A stretch of DNA of 64,000 nt from Octopus sinensis (Eukaryota): positions 67,022,001 through 67,086,000 of the forward strand of contig NC_043009.1 in the NCBI RefSeq assembly GCF_006345805.1, written 5' to 3'. The translations under genes were made by a program, and so were the position numbers. Positions 27,313 through 39,900 of this stretch are shown here, in pieces (the stretch's first letter is position 1; every line of letters starts with the position of its first letter). The notes beneath the pieces are model-generated. The model saw only the letters and a list, made by a program, of their open reading frames with translations. It was not told the origin of the DNA and searched no databases.

Positions 27313-27750
27313 TATATATATATATATATATTTATGTATGTATGCATGTATGTATGTATGTATGTATGTGTGTATTGTGTGTATGTATGTTTGTATGTAT
27401 GTATATATATAAGGAAAATGGAGAGTTTGATTACAGATAAAATCAATTAATTAATATAATAGGTTTTTATTGCCCACATAGGATAAAATATACGTTAAAT
27501 AAATTCAAATAAATAAAATTAAATAGACATTGTAGGAATAGATATATATCTAGTAATTCCAAATATAATTAAATAGGCATTATGGGAATAAATAAATGCC
27601 GAGAACCAATAATGTTGTATTAATCAAATAGAGGAATACTCATTGAAACCCTTACTATCAGCTGATGTATCAAAATAAATAATTTAACAAGTGTATTAAA
27701 TAAATGAGGGATAGACAACTCGTTAGACTCATAAGGGAAAAGAAATAGAT

Positions 27751-28620
27751 AGGCGCAGGAGTGGCTGTGTGGTAAGTAGCTTGCTTACCAACCACATGGT
27801 TCCAGGTTCAGTCCCACTGCGTGGCATCTTGGGCAAGTGTCTTCTGCTATAGCCCCGGGCCGACCAATGCCTTGTGAGTGGATTTGGTAGACAGAAACTG
27901 AAAGTGTCAAATTAATACACCTGCTTGTTGTTCATACAGCTGTCTTCGTCTTTTGTTTTTCTGTAAATTTCAACTGTGTATGTGTGTGTGTGTGTGTGTG
28001 TGTGTATGTACATATATGTATATGTCTAATAAATTTTTGAATAATGAATTATATTTAAATAAACACTCCATGAACGATAATAATTCAAATAAACATAACA
28101 ATTGACCTTAAAATGAAATGTACCCTCACCCTTTAAAAATAGTGTAACTCCATACATGTGATGCATAGGGACTCATACTCCGGCCCTGCCCATTAAATAT
28201 AAAAATTAATTTAACTAAAAATATGTGGTAAGTAGCTTGCTAACCAACCACATGGTTCCGGGTTCAGTCCCACTGCATGGCATCTTGGGAAAGTGTCTTC
28301 TGCTATAGCCCCGGGCCGACCAATGCCTTGTGTGTGGATTTGGTAGACGGAAACTGAAAGAAGCCTGTCGTATATATGTATATATATATGTATGTATGTG
28401 TGTGTGTGTTTGTGTTTGTCCCCCTGGCATTGCTTGCCGATGCTGGTGTGTTTGCGTCCCCGTCGCTTAGCGGTTCGGCAAAAAGAGACCAATAGAATAA
28501 GTACTGGGCTTACAAAGAATAAATCCTGGGGTCGATTTGCTCGACTAGAGGCGTTGCTCCAGCATGGCCGCAGTCAAATGACTGAAACAAGTAAAAGAGT
28601 AAAAAAAGAGTAAAAAGAGT
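27751..28620 (+). mobile_element. SINE family A head (27751-27905) and near-complete copy (28224-28620)
   Basis: ggcgcaggagtggctgtgtgg head; family body and tail. Confidence 0.85.
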
Positions 28621-29327
28621 ATAATAACATAAATAAATAAGACCAAAAATTGAAATTCTCACAACTAAATATATTGATTTGGATTCTTGCTAATATATAT
28701 ATTCTATTTTTATCTTTTCACAAATAAGTAGATATAGGAGTGGTGGCCAGCCTTTGAGAAACTGATCTCAGGAGAATGACAGTATGACCCACTTCCTCAG
28801 AACTACAACTAGCCACTGTCCACTGTGGTTGTAATTTAGCCTCAAGCTATTTTTAGAAAGGAGTCCAAAAGGCACACATGCTGACAAACACAAACACACA
28901 AAAGTATGCTGCTATCTCAGTCTGTAAGCAACTCCCCATCCATTAGGATGTGAATGGATGTTTGTCAATTTTTGCCCTGAAGAGATTTTTACCTTTTTAA
29001 ATACATAATGCAATCTTAATTGCAAAATATGAATGAAGGTAAGAAACTGAAATGTATAGAAGCGATATGAAATTGACGGTTATATAAACAAACTGATTTC
29101 ATTTGCTGCAGTCAAACTCTGCATTTTCCTTATACTATGTTATTAAAATCCTGTTCTCCTGTGTTGAATGGATGAAAACATCTGTAAGGACTACTGGAAC
29201 CTCATAAGTGTTAATACTAACACGAATTAATGAAATTCAAGTATCTTAATCAATATGGAGCTAAAACCTGGTGTATGCTTGGATAAAATACATCGCTGTG
29301 AAAGAGTAACCACTTTCCATTTAAAAC

Positions 29328-29356
<29 letters not shown>

Positions 29357-29358
<2 letters not shown>

Positions 29359-29505
29359 GGTTGGCGTTAGTAAGGGCATCCAGCTGTAGAAAGACTGCCA
29401 GATCAGACTGGAGCCTGGTGCAGCCCTGGCTTCCCAGACTCCGGTCGAACCGGCCAACCCGTGCTAGCGCGGAAAACAGACGTTAAATGATGATGATGAT
29501 GATGA

Positions 29506-29508
<3 letters not shown>
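29357..29508 (+). mobile_element. SINE family B 3' part with (ATG)n tail
   Basis: ggttggcgttagtaagggcatcc...gacgttaaatgatgatgatg. Confidence 0.85.
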
Positions 29509-29542
<34 letters not shown>

Positions 29543-30058
29543 GTTATAGTTATTCTACCAAATATATACATTTTAATTATTTTTTTGCAATTTACTTAAT
29601 AATCGGTATATTATTGTTATTTTAATTTTAATATTTCTATAATATGTAATTTTCCAGATGGTGTAATTTAATTGTTCATTTTGAATTGATAAAAGGTGTT
29701 TTTCTAATTTTTATATATATATATATTATATTGTGTGAAATTTGATTTAGTTTTTCTAAATTGAATTTTCCCTGTAAGTTAGGATTAATATTCCCTCAAA
29801 TAATTATTATTATATATATATATACACACACACACACATATATGAGGTATTGGTATCTAGAAGACCCAAAGAGTGTCAGGTAATGCTAAGTAAGTGCTAT
29901 GGAGAGACTGTAGTTAAACTCTTGGTTTGATAATGATACGAGCGAGGAATCTAATGTGGGTCTTGTATTAGCATGCACATATATATATTAGACAGAATAA
30001 GATAACAAAGCCAAGGCTGTGAGCAGTTTTCAGGACATTTATAAGGAAATAGTCTTAC

Positions 30059-30325
30059 AGCTGTTTCTGGGACATCATGGATTACTTCCGGCAGGCCACT
30101 GGAAGTTCCCTCATGTGCATGCGCAGGAACTGCAAACTGAAAGCGTTCCCGCTGAATCTTTCTTTTTGGAAGAGTAGCCCCAATGAGTCGACATGAAACT
30201 TCTCTCAGGGAAAACCCTACGTATAGAGAAGCTCTCTCTTCGAAGAGGGAACGGAGACAGTATCTTCTTGGCTCACACAAGTGAACATCTGTGAACAGTC
30301 TTGTGGACTTGGCTGCCGGTTCACC
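30059..30325 (-). other. candidate 267-nt phase 0-0 exon of an unidentified gene
   Basis: tttcttaag|GGT...GCT|gtaaga boundaries, 89 open codons, GC-richer than flanks. No protein family recognised. Confidence 0.25.
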
Positions 30326-30778
30326 CTTAAGAAATATATATGTATATAATTTTATCTGTGAAACCCGGAAAATCAAGTATTATTTATTGCTATTGAAGAC
30401 AGTCAGATTTTGGTTCTTTCTTCGACAATTGTATGTGACAAGATAAAACAGACATCCCTCAAGTGTTCCTGAGACCTTCATCTTGTTACAGTATCCATAA
30501 TACATGATATAAAATAGAGTGCCAAAAGGAATAAATGAGGGACGACAAGCCGTTCTACTGTTTGAGAAAGAAGAAGACTTTATTCACAATAAAGTGTCTT
30601 GCTCAAGGACTCAACACGTCGACGGGAATCGTACTCACGATCTTACAATCGTGAGCCGAATGCCCTAACCACTAAGCCACTCGCCTTCACTCAATGGCAA
30701 ATGTGTATAGATTGACAGTGTAGCGCTGCTAACCTTTTATAAAGAAGAAACCAGCATTGGTAATATTAGTACGAGGAT

Positions 30779-30990
30779 AGGTTTAGGTGAATGACGAATT
30801 AATTATACGAACAGGAACGGTCGGTCCGACGGGTTTCCATAACTTCTACGGACAAGATTTTGGTTGATCCTTGGGCAAATATCTTCTTCTATGGCTATGG
30901 ATCAACCAAAATCTTGTACGTAGAAGTTATGGAAACCCGTCGGACCGACTGTTCCTGTTCGTATAATTAATTCGTCATTCACCTAAACCT
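30779..30990. repeat. near-perfect inverted repeat (92-bp arms, 28-nt spacer)
   Basis: 30779-30870 is the reverse complement of 30899-30990 with two mismatches. Confidence 0.97.
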
Positions 30991-31414
30991 TGGGGCCATT
31001 TAGTGGAGAATAGCCTGTTGCAAAACTCTACTGTAGCCGCTCCCTAGCCCGGTTGAGAAAGGAGGAGGATGGCAGGCGTGATCTCGAACCCGAAACTGTG
31101 TCGTCGAAAGTGAACTTCATAAACCACACAGCTTTTCCTGTGATATCGTTAAAAGATCACAAAGTATGGGAGGGACAGGAAACACAAATAGTTAACTTGG
31201 TTCACAGCTTTTCACTTCCACAAAAAGATTTTCGACTGTGGCCGATGGTTTGGTCAAAAACGATGCCAGAGAGATATGAACGCAGGACGTTAATTATGTA
31301 ACTAAATACTGCAAAACATTTTCTCCGAAACCATGTGGTGTCTACTACATAACTGCTATCCTCGTACTAATATTGCCAATGCTGGTTTCTTCCTTATAAA
31401 ATTAATTTTTCAAA

Positions 31415-32070
31415 TTCTATCAATCTATCTATCCGCTCAGTCGAAGTCGACTCTCGGTTACTCGTTGGATCAGTGTCCTCCAGTCAGTTCTGTCCTGGGC
31501 CGCTTCTTTCAGATTGGCTATGTCCATTCCGGTATCACTCTTGGTGGTGTCAAGCCAGCGGATTCTTGGTCGGCCTCTTCCTCTCTTGCCACTGACCATT
31601 CCGAGCATGATGTCCTTCTCCAGGGATTTCCTCTGCATAATATGACCGAAATATGCCAATCTATGCTTGGTGATCCTAGCTTCTAGCGACATTTTCGGCC
31701 TGATCTCGCTGTCCATGGAATCCGTAAAAGTCTTCTCCAACACCAAAGCTCGAATGCATTAATTCTCTTCTGGTCAGCTTTTCTTAGTGTCCAGGTCTCG
31801 CATCCATTTGTTGCTATTGGGAAGACGATTGCATTCACCAGTCTGCATTTGGTAGCGAGTCTGATTGTCTCTACTCTTCCAGACCCTGCTCATGCTGACC
31901 ATTGCCTCTCTGCATAGAACAATCCGCCGTCTTATTTCTGGAGTGCACTCACCATCTCGATTTATTTTGGAGATCCAAGGAAGATGAAATCATCAACCAC
32001 TTCGATCTCTTCATTATCGATCTTGATGTTGATGTTTGTTGTGGCTGCTGTTGACATAATCTTCGTTTTC
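31415..32070 (-). mobile_element. 5'-truncated RTE-clade (BovB-like) LINE
   Basis: KTKIM..IDNEEIEVVDDFIFLGS..FELWCWRRLLRIPWTAR..YFGHIMQRKSLEKDIMLGMVSGKRGRGRPRIRWLD, followed by a short (GATA)-like tail. Confidence 0.92.
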
Positions 32071-33546
32071 AAATTAATTTCAATTCCATATTTCTACTTT
32101 TTCAAGGGAGGTAACTATAAATATACTCAAGGGACACAACTCTTCAATTGCTTTATATTTTAAATCGAAGCAGTTGCAACTTCGTTTCCCTGGACACTTC
32201 TTTCTCTTATGTAACTATTATTACACTTAAAATATAATTATGAGGTCTTCTCGGCACTTAGTGAGGAAAATTTCGGTTCACAAGTATTCCATAGCAGAGC
32301 CGTTAAATAAATGAAACTGAGAAAGTATTAAACATCTCACTGAAGAATTTTTGGTCGCTGTGCTTACAGTCAATTTTGTTTGGGGATTCTTGTGGGGTGC
32401 CACTGATTTACATTGTGTCTATTTTAAAGGCTTTTACCTTCTGCAACTACACGGGTTTGTTTAGAATTTCTGTAATCAATTGATCTACAAGAAATAGCAG
32501 CCAAACCTGTCTCGATCACACACTAGTTTTTAAAAATGAAAGGCAAGAAAGTAGTTTAAGATTTACCCTGTTAATATAACCAGGATGTCAAGAAGTGGTG
32601 TCATATTCCAGTATTAAGGAACTAAACTACTTGACAATTAATTTAATAGGACCCATATTGTATACTAGTGCCTTGAATATTTTTTTTCCTCATAAGAAGA
32701 AGCAAACAGAAAATTTAGTTTCCTCACAATTATAATTGTGAATTGGATTCAATCTTAACAGCAGTTGGCTTCTTTGACGTGGTCTGGCGATTTTATAGAA
32801 ATTTGTTTTTAGTAGAAAACAAATTATATGCAGTTGCATTATTTAACTATCGACTGCATGTTTTCTTTTTGTTGTTGAACTGGTATCACATTTTCCAGGC
32901 TAAAATAGGAATTTCTTCAAAATATGAGAAATACTCAATTTTATCACAGAGCATAAAGTAAAAACAACAGAGAACATTCAACTGATCACAAATATTCAAA
33001 TGAAAACAATTCTAATTTAAAAGGGAAAGAATCAACTCATGAATTACAGAGAAACGAAGGCGTCCAGCAGTCCATTATCAATGAATTTGGGAATTCCACG
33101 AAATGGTTCTTTCACTTCTAGATTAGAAATCAATTTTCTTTCGAACATTTCATGGCACTTAATTTAATATAGAACTCATAAATTCTAATGCATTCAATGA
33201 GCTAGAATTTTTGTCTTTGAGAAATGTATGCACCATTTTATTTTAATGTTTAGCATCTTATTTGAAGATTCCAATCATTACAGTCAACTTGCCAAATTCA
33301 TTTAACTTTCAACTTTTAACAACTCCAATGTTTCCTTGTAAGGACTGACTTTGTCATATCTTCAGACAAAATTAAGAATCTTAGAGTTCAGCGCTGTAAT
33401 CTGCTTTACCTTTGTCATGGAGTTCCATTCAAAATTGAATTCAGAGACAGAAACAGGACATCTAAAAATTCAGCTGAACAGTTCAAAAGAGAGAGTCAAG
33501 ACTATTAAAAAAGGTTGCAAGACGCAACGAAAATTTTAGGAAATTA

Positions 33547-33960
33547 GGAGTGGCTGTGTGGTAAGTAGCTTGCTAACCAACCACATGGTTCCAGGTTCAG
33601 TCCCACTGCGTGGCATCTTGGGCAAGTGTCTTCTGCTATAGCCCCGGGCCGACCAATGCCTTGTGAGTGGATTTGGTAGACGGAAACTGAAAGAAGCCTG
33701 TCGTATATATGTATATATATTATATATATATATTTATGTGTGTGTTTGTGTGTCTGTGTTTGTCCCCCTAGCATTGCTTGACAACTGATGCTGGTGTGTT
33801 TACGTCCCCGTCACTTAGCGATTCGGCAAAAGAGACCGATAGAATAAGTACTGGGCTTACAAAGAATAAGTCTCGGGGTCGATTTGCTCGACTAAAAGGC
33901 AGTGCTCCAGCGTGGTCGCAGTCAAATGACTGAAACAAGTAAAAGAGAGTAAAGAGTAAA
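33547..33960 (+). mobile_element. full-length SINE family A
   Basis: Head, B-box, body and (GAGTAAA) tail. Confidence 0.9.
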
Positions 33961-34095
33961 CATAGGAGGAAAATTTACCGGTGAGTGTGTTAAATTAAAA
34001 ATTATAATGGGACTGAACCCAGAGCTATGTGCTTGGGAAGCAAACTTCTTACCACGCAGCCATGTCTGTGCCTATGACATGTGTGTGTATGTGTG

Positions 34096-34185
<90 letters not shown>

Positions 34186-34981
34186 TAGACAGACAGACAC
34201 ACATACACACAAAACAGGTGGGATGGTCATGGTTAGAACACCTTTGATTATAGATCTGCTCAGTCAAAGCTGATTTGGGCCAAGACAACAACTCCTGCAT
34301 TTAGTGAGTCTAAAAATGGCTGAGAGCCCAACCCTTCTTAATCAAGCTAATCTATGAAAAAAGAAAAACAAATGAGATAAGGGTCAGGTAAAAGGAAAGT
34401 GTTTCCTAACTTATGGTTGCCTCCTCCATCTCTCCCCCACCACCTCTTCTGCTTAGTTTGTTGCTCGTTAATCTGAGGTAGGTGGGTACTGGTGCTACCC
34501 CCACCCCCGTATCTTTTTCCATGGCTTTGCTAGACAGGGAGATGGGGAATGGACGGGGACAGAGTGGGAATAATGAGATTAATGTTCGTTTGTAATTGTT
34601 ATACATTTGCGGTTGAGGCAGGATGTTCTGGAGGAGAAGAAGAAGAAAAGCGTTCAGGATGGAGAGTGGAGGAGAGAAAGAAATATGGTGGAGGAGGCGG
34701 ATGGAGAGAAGAGGTAAGAGGTAATGCGGTAACAGAGTCAGCAGGTTCAGATAAGCAAAGACCGTGTTAGAAGCAGTAGCTAAGGGAGAGAAAGAACAAA
34801 ACTCTATTTTTACTGTAGCAGACTTTATGCTCCTGTCTTGGTTGATATGTACTACAGCTGGTAGTTACCTGAGAGCATTGCTGGTTCCTCTGTAAGAGCC
34901 ACAGAAATAATTAAATTACTGAGGAAACAAAAATCAAAGCCTGAGGGAGGTGATGAATGTAAAATTTCAGAACCATAAATT

Positions 34982-35230
34982 AGTTTTATATTTAAGAGAT
35001 GAGGAATTATGTACATTATTTACATTTGTCCTCATCTTGTTTGTTGTTAAACACAATGTTTATAAACCCTAAAATTAACTCCATAATTGCCCACGGGCAT
35101 ATGGCGTAGTGATTAAGAGTGTGGGCTACTAATCCCAATATTCTGAGTTCGACTCCAGTTCAATGACCTGAACAATAATAATAACATCAAAAAAAATACC
35201 CAGGTTCAAAATTTCCCCAAGACACCTGAT
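34982..35230 (+). mobile_element. SINE family D: tRNA head preceded by an inverted copy of the family 3' end
   Basis: 35095 GGGCATATGGCGTAGTGATTAAGAG...GAGTTCGACTCC head, broken at gacacCTGAT. 34982-35062 matches the family 3' end on the minus strand (compare 41314-41400). Confidence 0.75.
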
Positions 35231-35577
35231 CAACCCCAGGACTTATACTTTGTAAGCCTGGTACTTATTCTATCAGTCTCTTTTGCCAAACTACTAGGTT
35301 ACGGGGATATAAACACACCAACATTGGTTGTCAAATGACGGTGGGGAGACAAACACAGGCACACAAATACATACATACATAATACATATATATATATATA
35401 TATATATACATATATACGACGGTCTTCTTTCAGTTTCTTTCTACCAAATCCACTCACGAGGCTTTGGTCAAGCTGAGGCTATAGTAGAAGACACTTGCCC
35501 AAGGTTCCACACAGTGGGACTGAACCCGGGACCAAGTGGTTGGTAAGCAAGCTACTTAGCACACAGCCATGCCTGCA
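35229..35577 (-). mobile_element. SINE family A
   Basis: Reverse complement of the family A head and body. Confidence 0.8.
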
Positions 35578-36102
35578 CATATTTATTTATATTATTATTA
35601 TTATTATTTTGCTTAGACATAGCAATACTAATAATTAGAATTTGATTTATGTATGCCTCAGAAGAAAGTGTCATTTGAGTAGAGAGCAGTAACAGGAAAT
35701 GACAAAGGAATGAGAAATCATGCCAAAAGCTTCATCAGCTCACAACTGTTTCTATCGTAAGATGCAAGGCACTCATTGTTGAGTACAATTAACCATCATT
35801 ATTGGCAGTACGTGGTCAACCAGTGAAAGTGTACCTTGGCCAGTGGATTCGCAAACTACTCAGCACTGATCCTTGGATGTTTCCTCGTGCATTTTCCTGA
35901 CAACACTGGAATCCAGAGGGAAGCTGTTTCCCACATCAGAGCATATTTTTTGTATGTCATGGCATGGTGTGTCCTTGAGCAAGACACTTTATTTCACTTT
36001 ATTGCTCCAGTCCACTCAGCTGACAAAAATGACCTGTACCAGTAATTCGAAAGGGGCCAACCTTGTCAGTGTCACACTGAATCTCCCTGAGAACTACATT
36101 AA

Positions 36103-36649
36103 CCCTTTAGCATTCAAATTACCCTGTGTCAAACATAATGCTTATTTATTCACATCATCATCATCGGTTAACGTCCGCTTTCCATGCTAGCATGGGTTGG
36201 ACGATTGACTGAGGACTGGCGAACCAGATGGCTGCACCAGGCTTCAATCTTGATCTGGCAGAGTTTCTACAGCTGGATGCCCTTCCTAATGCCAACCACT
36301 CCAAGAGTGTAGTGGGTGCTTTTACGTGCCAGTCAGGCGGTACTGGCAATGACCTCGCTCGAATCTTTTACACATGCCACCAGCACAAGTGCCAGTAAGG
36401 CGATGCTGGTAACGATCATGCTCGAATGGTGCCCTTTTAAGTGCCACTGGCACGGAGGCCAGTTAGCAGATATGGCAACGATTATGCTCGTAGACATGCT
36501 TTATCTTGTAGCTTTGAGATTTCGAGGATGCAATTGTTTATTTTTAAGAATGACATTATAGGTTCGGTGCGAGAGGCCGGATCTGGCCAATCTGAACATA
36601 AAGCAAGAAGAATATCTTGGCTGATATGGCCGGTTTAAATGCTAAGGGG
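36103..36649. mobile_element. piggyBac-type MITE (TTAA TSD) containing a SINE B insertion
   Basis: TTAA|CCCTTTAGCATT ... AATGCTAAGGGG|TTAA; SINE B at ~36153-36480 inside. Confidence 0.8.
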
Positions 36650-36769
36650 TTAAGGGTACGTGTGTCTGTGGAGGGCCCAGCTACTTGCATGTTAATTTCA
36701 TGAGCAGGATGATTGATTGATCGAATCAGCTGGAACACCATCATCGTCATAACTGATGGAACGCCAGCT

Positions 36770-36785
36770 CTTTGTGTGTGTGTGT

Positions 36786-36841
<56 letters not shown>

Positions 36842-37048
36842 CTGATTGTTGAAAAAGTTCATTTCTTTTTTATTTCGAGTGTGTAATTCCAGAGTTGAAC
36901 AAAACCAGCAAAAACCAAATATTGTAAATGAAGAACAACAACAGAAAGAAAGAAAGAAAGACTAGAAAATATAAATACAAACGTACACACATACACACAC
37001 ATATACACACACATGCATACACACACATACACACACATAAACACACAA

Positions 37049-37080
<32 letters not shown>

Positions 37081-37270
37081 ACACATGCATACACACACAC
37101 ACAAACACACACATACACATATCACACAGACACACACATGCATATATACACACATACATACATACTTACATACAATCGTGTGTGTGTGTGTGTGTGTGTA
37201 TGTATGTGTATGCATGTGTGTGTGCGTATATGTGTATATGTGTGTGTATGTGTGTGTGTGTATGTATGTT
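36770..37270. repeat. (GT)n/(CA)n compound microsatellites
   Basis: Direct reading. Confidence 0.9.
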
Positions 37271-37937
37271 TAACTATCTCCTCCATCCTTCCTGTCCTGT
37301 TTTTTCTTTCTTTTCTTGATGTTGTTGTCGTTGTTGTTGTTGTAAATGTTATTCAACAGTATAGTTGTTCTTCTTCTTACTGCTGTTGTTCTTACAGTTG
37401 TTGTTGTTGTTGTACCCTGGAAACATATACTCAAAACAACAAATAAATAAACGTTTTTTTTTTTACCAATTTCTTCCCAAATTAATGATGTTCCACTCAC
37501 TGGTTCAACACAAAACCTTGTTTGTTTGTTCAGTTATTTTTGGTTAAGTAATGGAGATTTTGGTGAGTGGAAGCAAGAGAAGAATACGGAATGGTAAATC
37601 TGCAGCTCAGTTTCAATTACCAGTAATATCTCTTTCATTCCACTTACAGAAGCAGTCATTGTTGTTGTAGTTGTTGTGGTTGTGGTTGGTTTTTTAGCCA
37701 CATGTCAGTTTCTATGCAAAAAGACTATGAGGAAAGAAATCCTAACAGAGGTGATGGTCATGGTAAGAATGTTGTTGTTGTTGTTGTGTTGTTTAGCTCC
37801 AAAACAGCCTTACAGTCAAAGACGTTCTACTCGTGACCACCATGTCTCGCAGGAACAAATTATCCAGTGTGTCCATTTTTGAAATGGTAGAGTATGTTTT
37901 GAGGGTGATTTAGCAGCTATTTTTTGCAGAACACGTG

Positions 37938-38150
37938 TAACCTTTTCACATTTAAACCGACCAAAACTGACCCAAATGTTCCAGCTCTTTTATGTTCAAT
38001 CAGCCTGAGCTGGTCTCTCATACCTTCTCTACAATGTCATTCTAAAAATTAGCAACCACATCATCGAAATCTCAGAGCCATGAGAAAATGAATGATTAAT
38101 TCAAAGCAATTTGAATCAACAAATATTACATTTGAACGCAAAAGGGTCAA
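37938..38150. mobile_element. degenerate piggyBac-type MITE, same family as 36103
   Basis: taaccttttcacatttaaaccg ... ttgaacgcaaaagggtcaa termini and shared internal atcgaaatctc sequence. Confidence 0.55.
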
Positions 38151-39018
38151 ACAAGGTCATTGCACAAACCATTAGTCCTCATCAAGGACGACTAGATGAT
38201 CCTTGTTGCTCCAAGGGATGAATATGACTCATCGTCATCAACATCATCGTTTAACATCCACCTTCCATGCTGGCATGAGTTGGACGGTTTGACAGGAGCC
38301 TGCACCAGACGTCAGTGTCTGTTTTAGCAGAGTTTTTACAGCTGGATGCCCTTCCTAACATCAACCACCCTGCAGAGTGGACTGAGTGTTTTTACATCGC
38401 ACAAGCACAGGCAAGGTCAGTTTTGGCAAGGTTTTTATAGCTGGATGCCTCTCCGAACACCAACAACTTTACAATGTGGACTGGATGCTTTTTAAGTAGC
38501 ATCAGCCCTGGTGTATTTTTTATTTCATATTTCTTTCTATATTTATATATAGCTTAATGGGAAAATTTGTATAAACATAAACTGCTCATTATGAAAACAG
38601 CAGCACCAAAGACGAAATGGCTCCATATCCTGAAGATGAGGCTGAGACAGTCGGGAAATGTTGATGAGTTTGGGAAATTTTATTGTTCCAGACAAACTTT
38701 AAGGTAAAAATTCAGGCTGTTGTGAATATTCAAATGGTAAGCCTTGCATGCATTATTCTTGGTGATTGTAGGAGTGCTCCTACGGCTAATGAAGGTGTTG
38801 GTGGAGGTGGTAATGGTGGTGGTGGTAGTGGTGTTTTAGGAATTTGGTGCATACCTTAGAAAAGATCTGAGTCAGCTGAATTAGCACTGGTGACTAATTG
38901 ATCTCCTAATGAGTGACACATATGCACATATACACACACACATACACTTAGACTCACACACCTAATACACATACCATGTATCGCTTTCTCTTTCTCTCTA
39001 ACTCATATTCATATATAT

Positions 39019-39105
<87 letters not shown>

Positions 39106-39527
39106 GTATATATTACATACATGTGTGTATACATACAACATACATTCCCACATGCAAGCAGGCACAGGTATGTACATACACACGCACATATACACTCACA
39201 CAAACTTTTGGCTACATTAAGCTTAACTTAATGCTTCATCACTGGAAAACCACAATTTTTACTTAGCTGCATGCTTCAGACTTAGACTCATGTGTGTGTG
39301 TGTAAGTGTGCATGCATACGTATGTAGATGTATGTATGTATATGTGTATATGTGTGTATATGAGTGTATGCGTAAAGTACAGCAGTGAACTCAAATGAGA
39401 AAGTCTAATGTTGTGAAAGTATGCATTTGCTCTTCTTTATTTGTGCAGATACATTAGGCATTTATGTATCCTCCTCCTCCTCATCATCCTCATCATTATC
39501 ATCATCAGCAGCAGCAGCAGCAAGAGG

Positions 39528-39900
39528 AGGTGCAATGGCTCAGTGGTTAGGGCAGCGGTTTCACAGTCAGAGGATCACAGTTTCGATTCCCAGACCGTGC
39601 ATTGTGTGTGTTTATTGAGCGAAAACACCTAAAGCTCCACGAGGCTCCGGCAGGGGGTGGTGGCGACCCCTGTTGTACTCTTTCGCCTCAATGTTCTCTC
39701 ACTCTTTCTTCCTGTTTCTTGTCCCCCGACTCCCTACGCAACCGCTGAGCCTGGATGCGCATTCATCCATCCGTCGATGCTCTCGGTGTCGGGGGTTGAC
39801 CTGCTTTCTCTTCTGCGGGTCTTACGAATAGCAAAGGACCACGTTTCGGACTTCTCCCGTCTTGCGAGCTCTCGGACGAAGACCGTTCGCTCAACAGCAT
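39528..39900 (+). mobile_element. tRNA-derived SINE of a further family
   Basis: ggtgcaatggctcagtggttagggcagcg...tttcgattcccagacc tRNA-like head, body, abuts (CAT)n. Confidence 0.7.

Noticed and set aside
38580-38900. Pro-rich frame (IPKTPLPPPPLPPPP) on minus
   Set aside because: Driven by a (GGT)n repeat; all frames close quickly.
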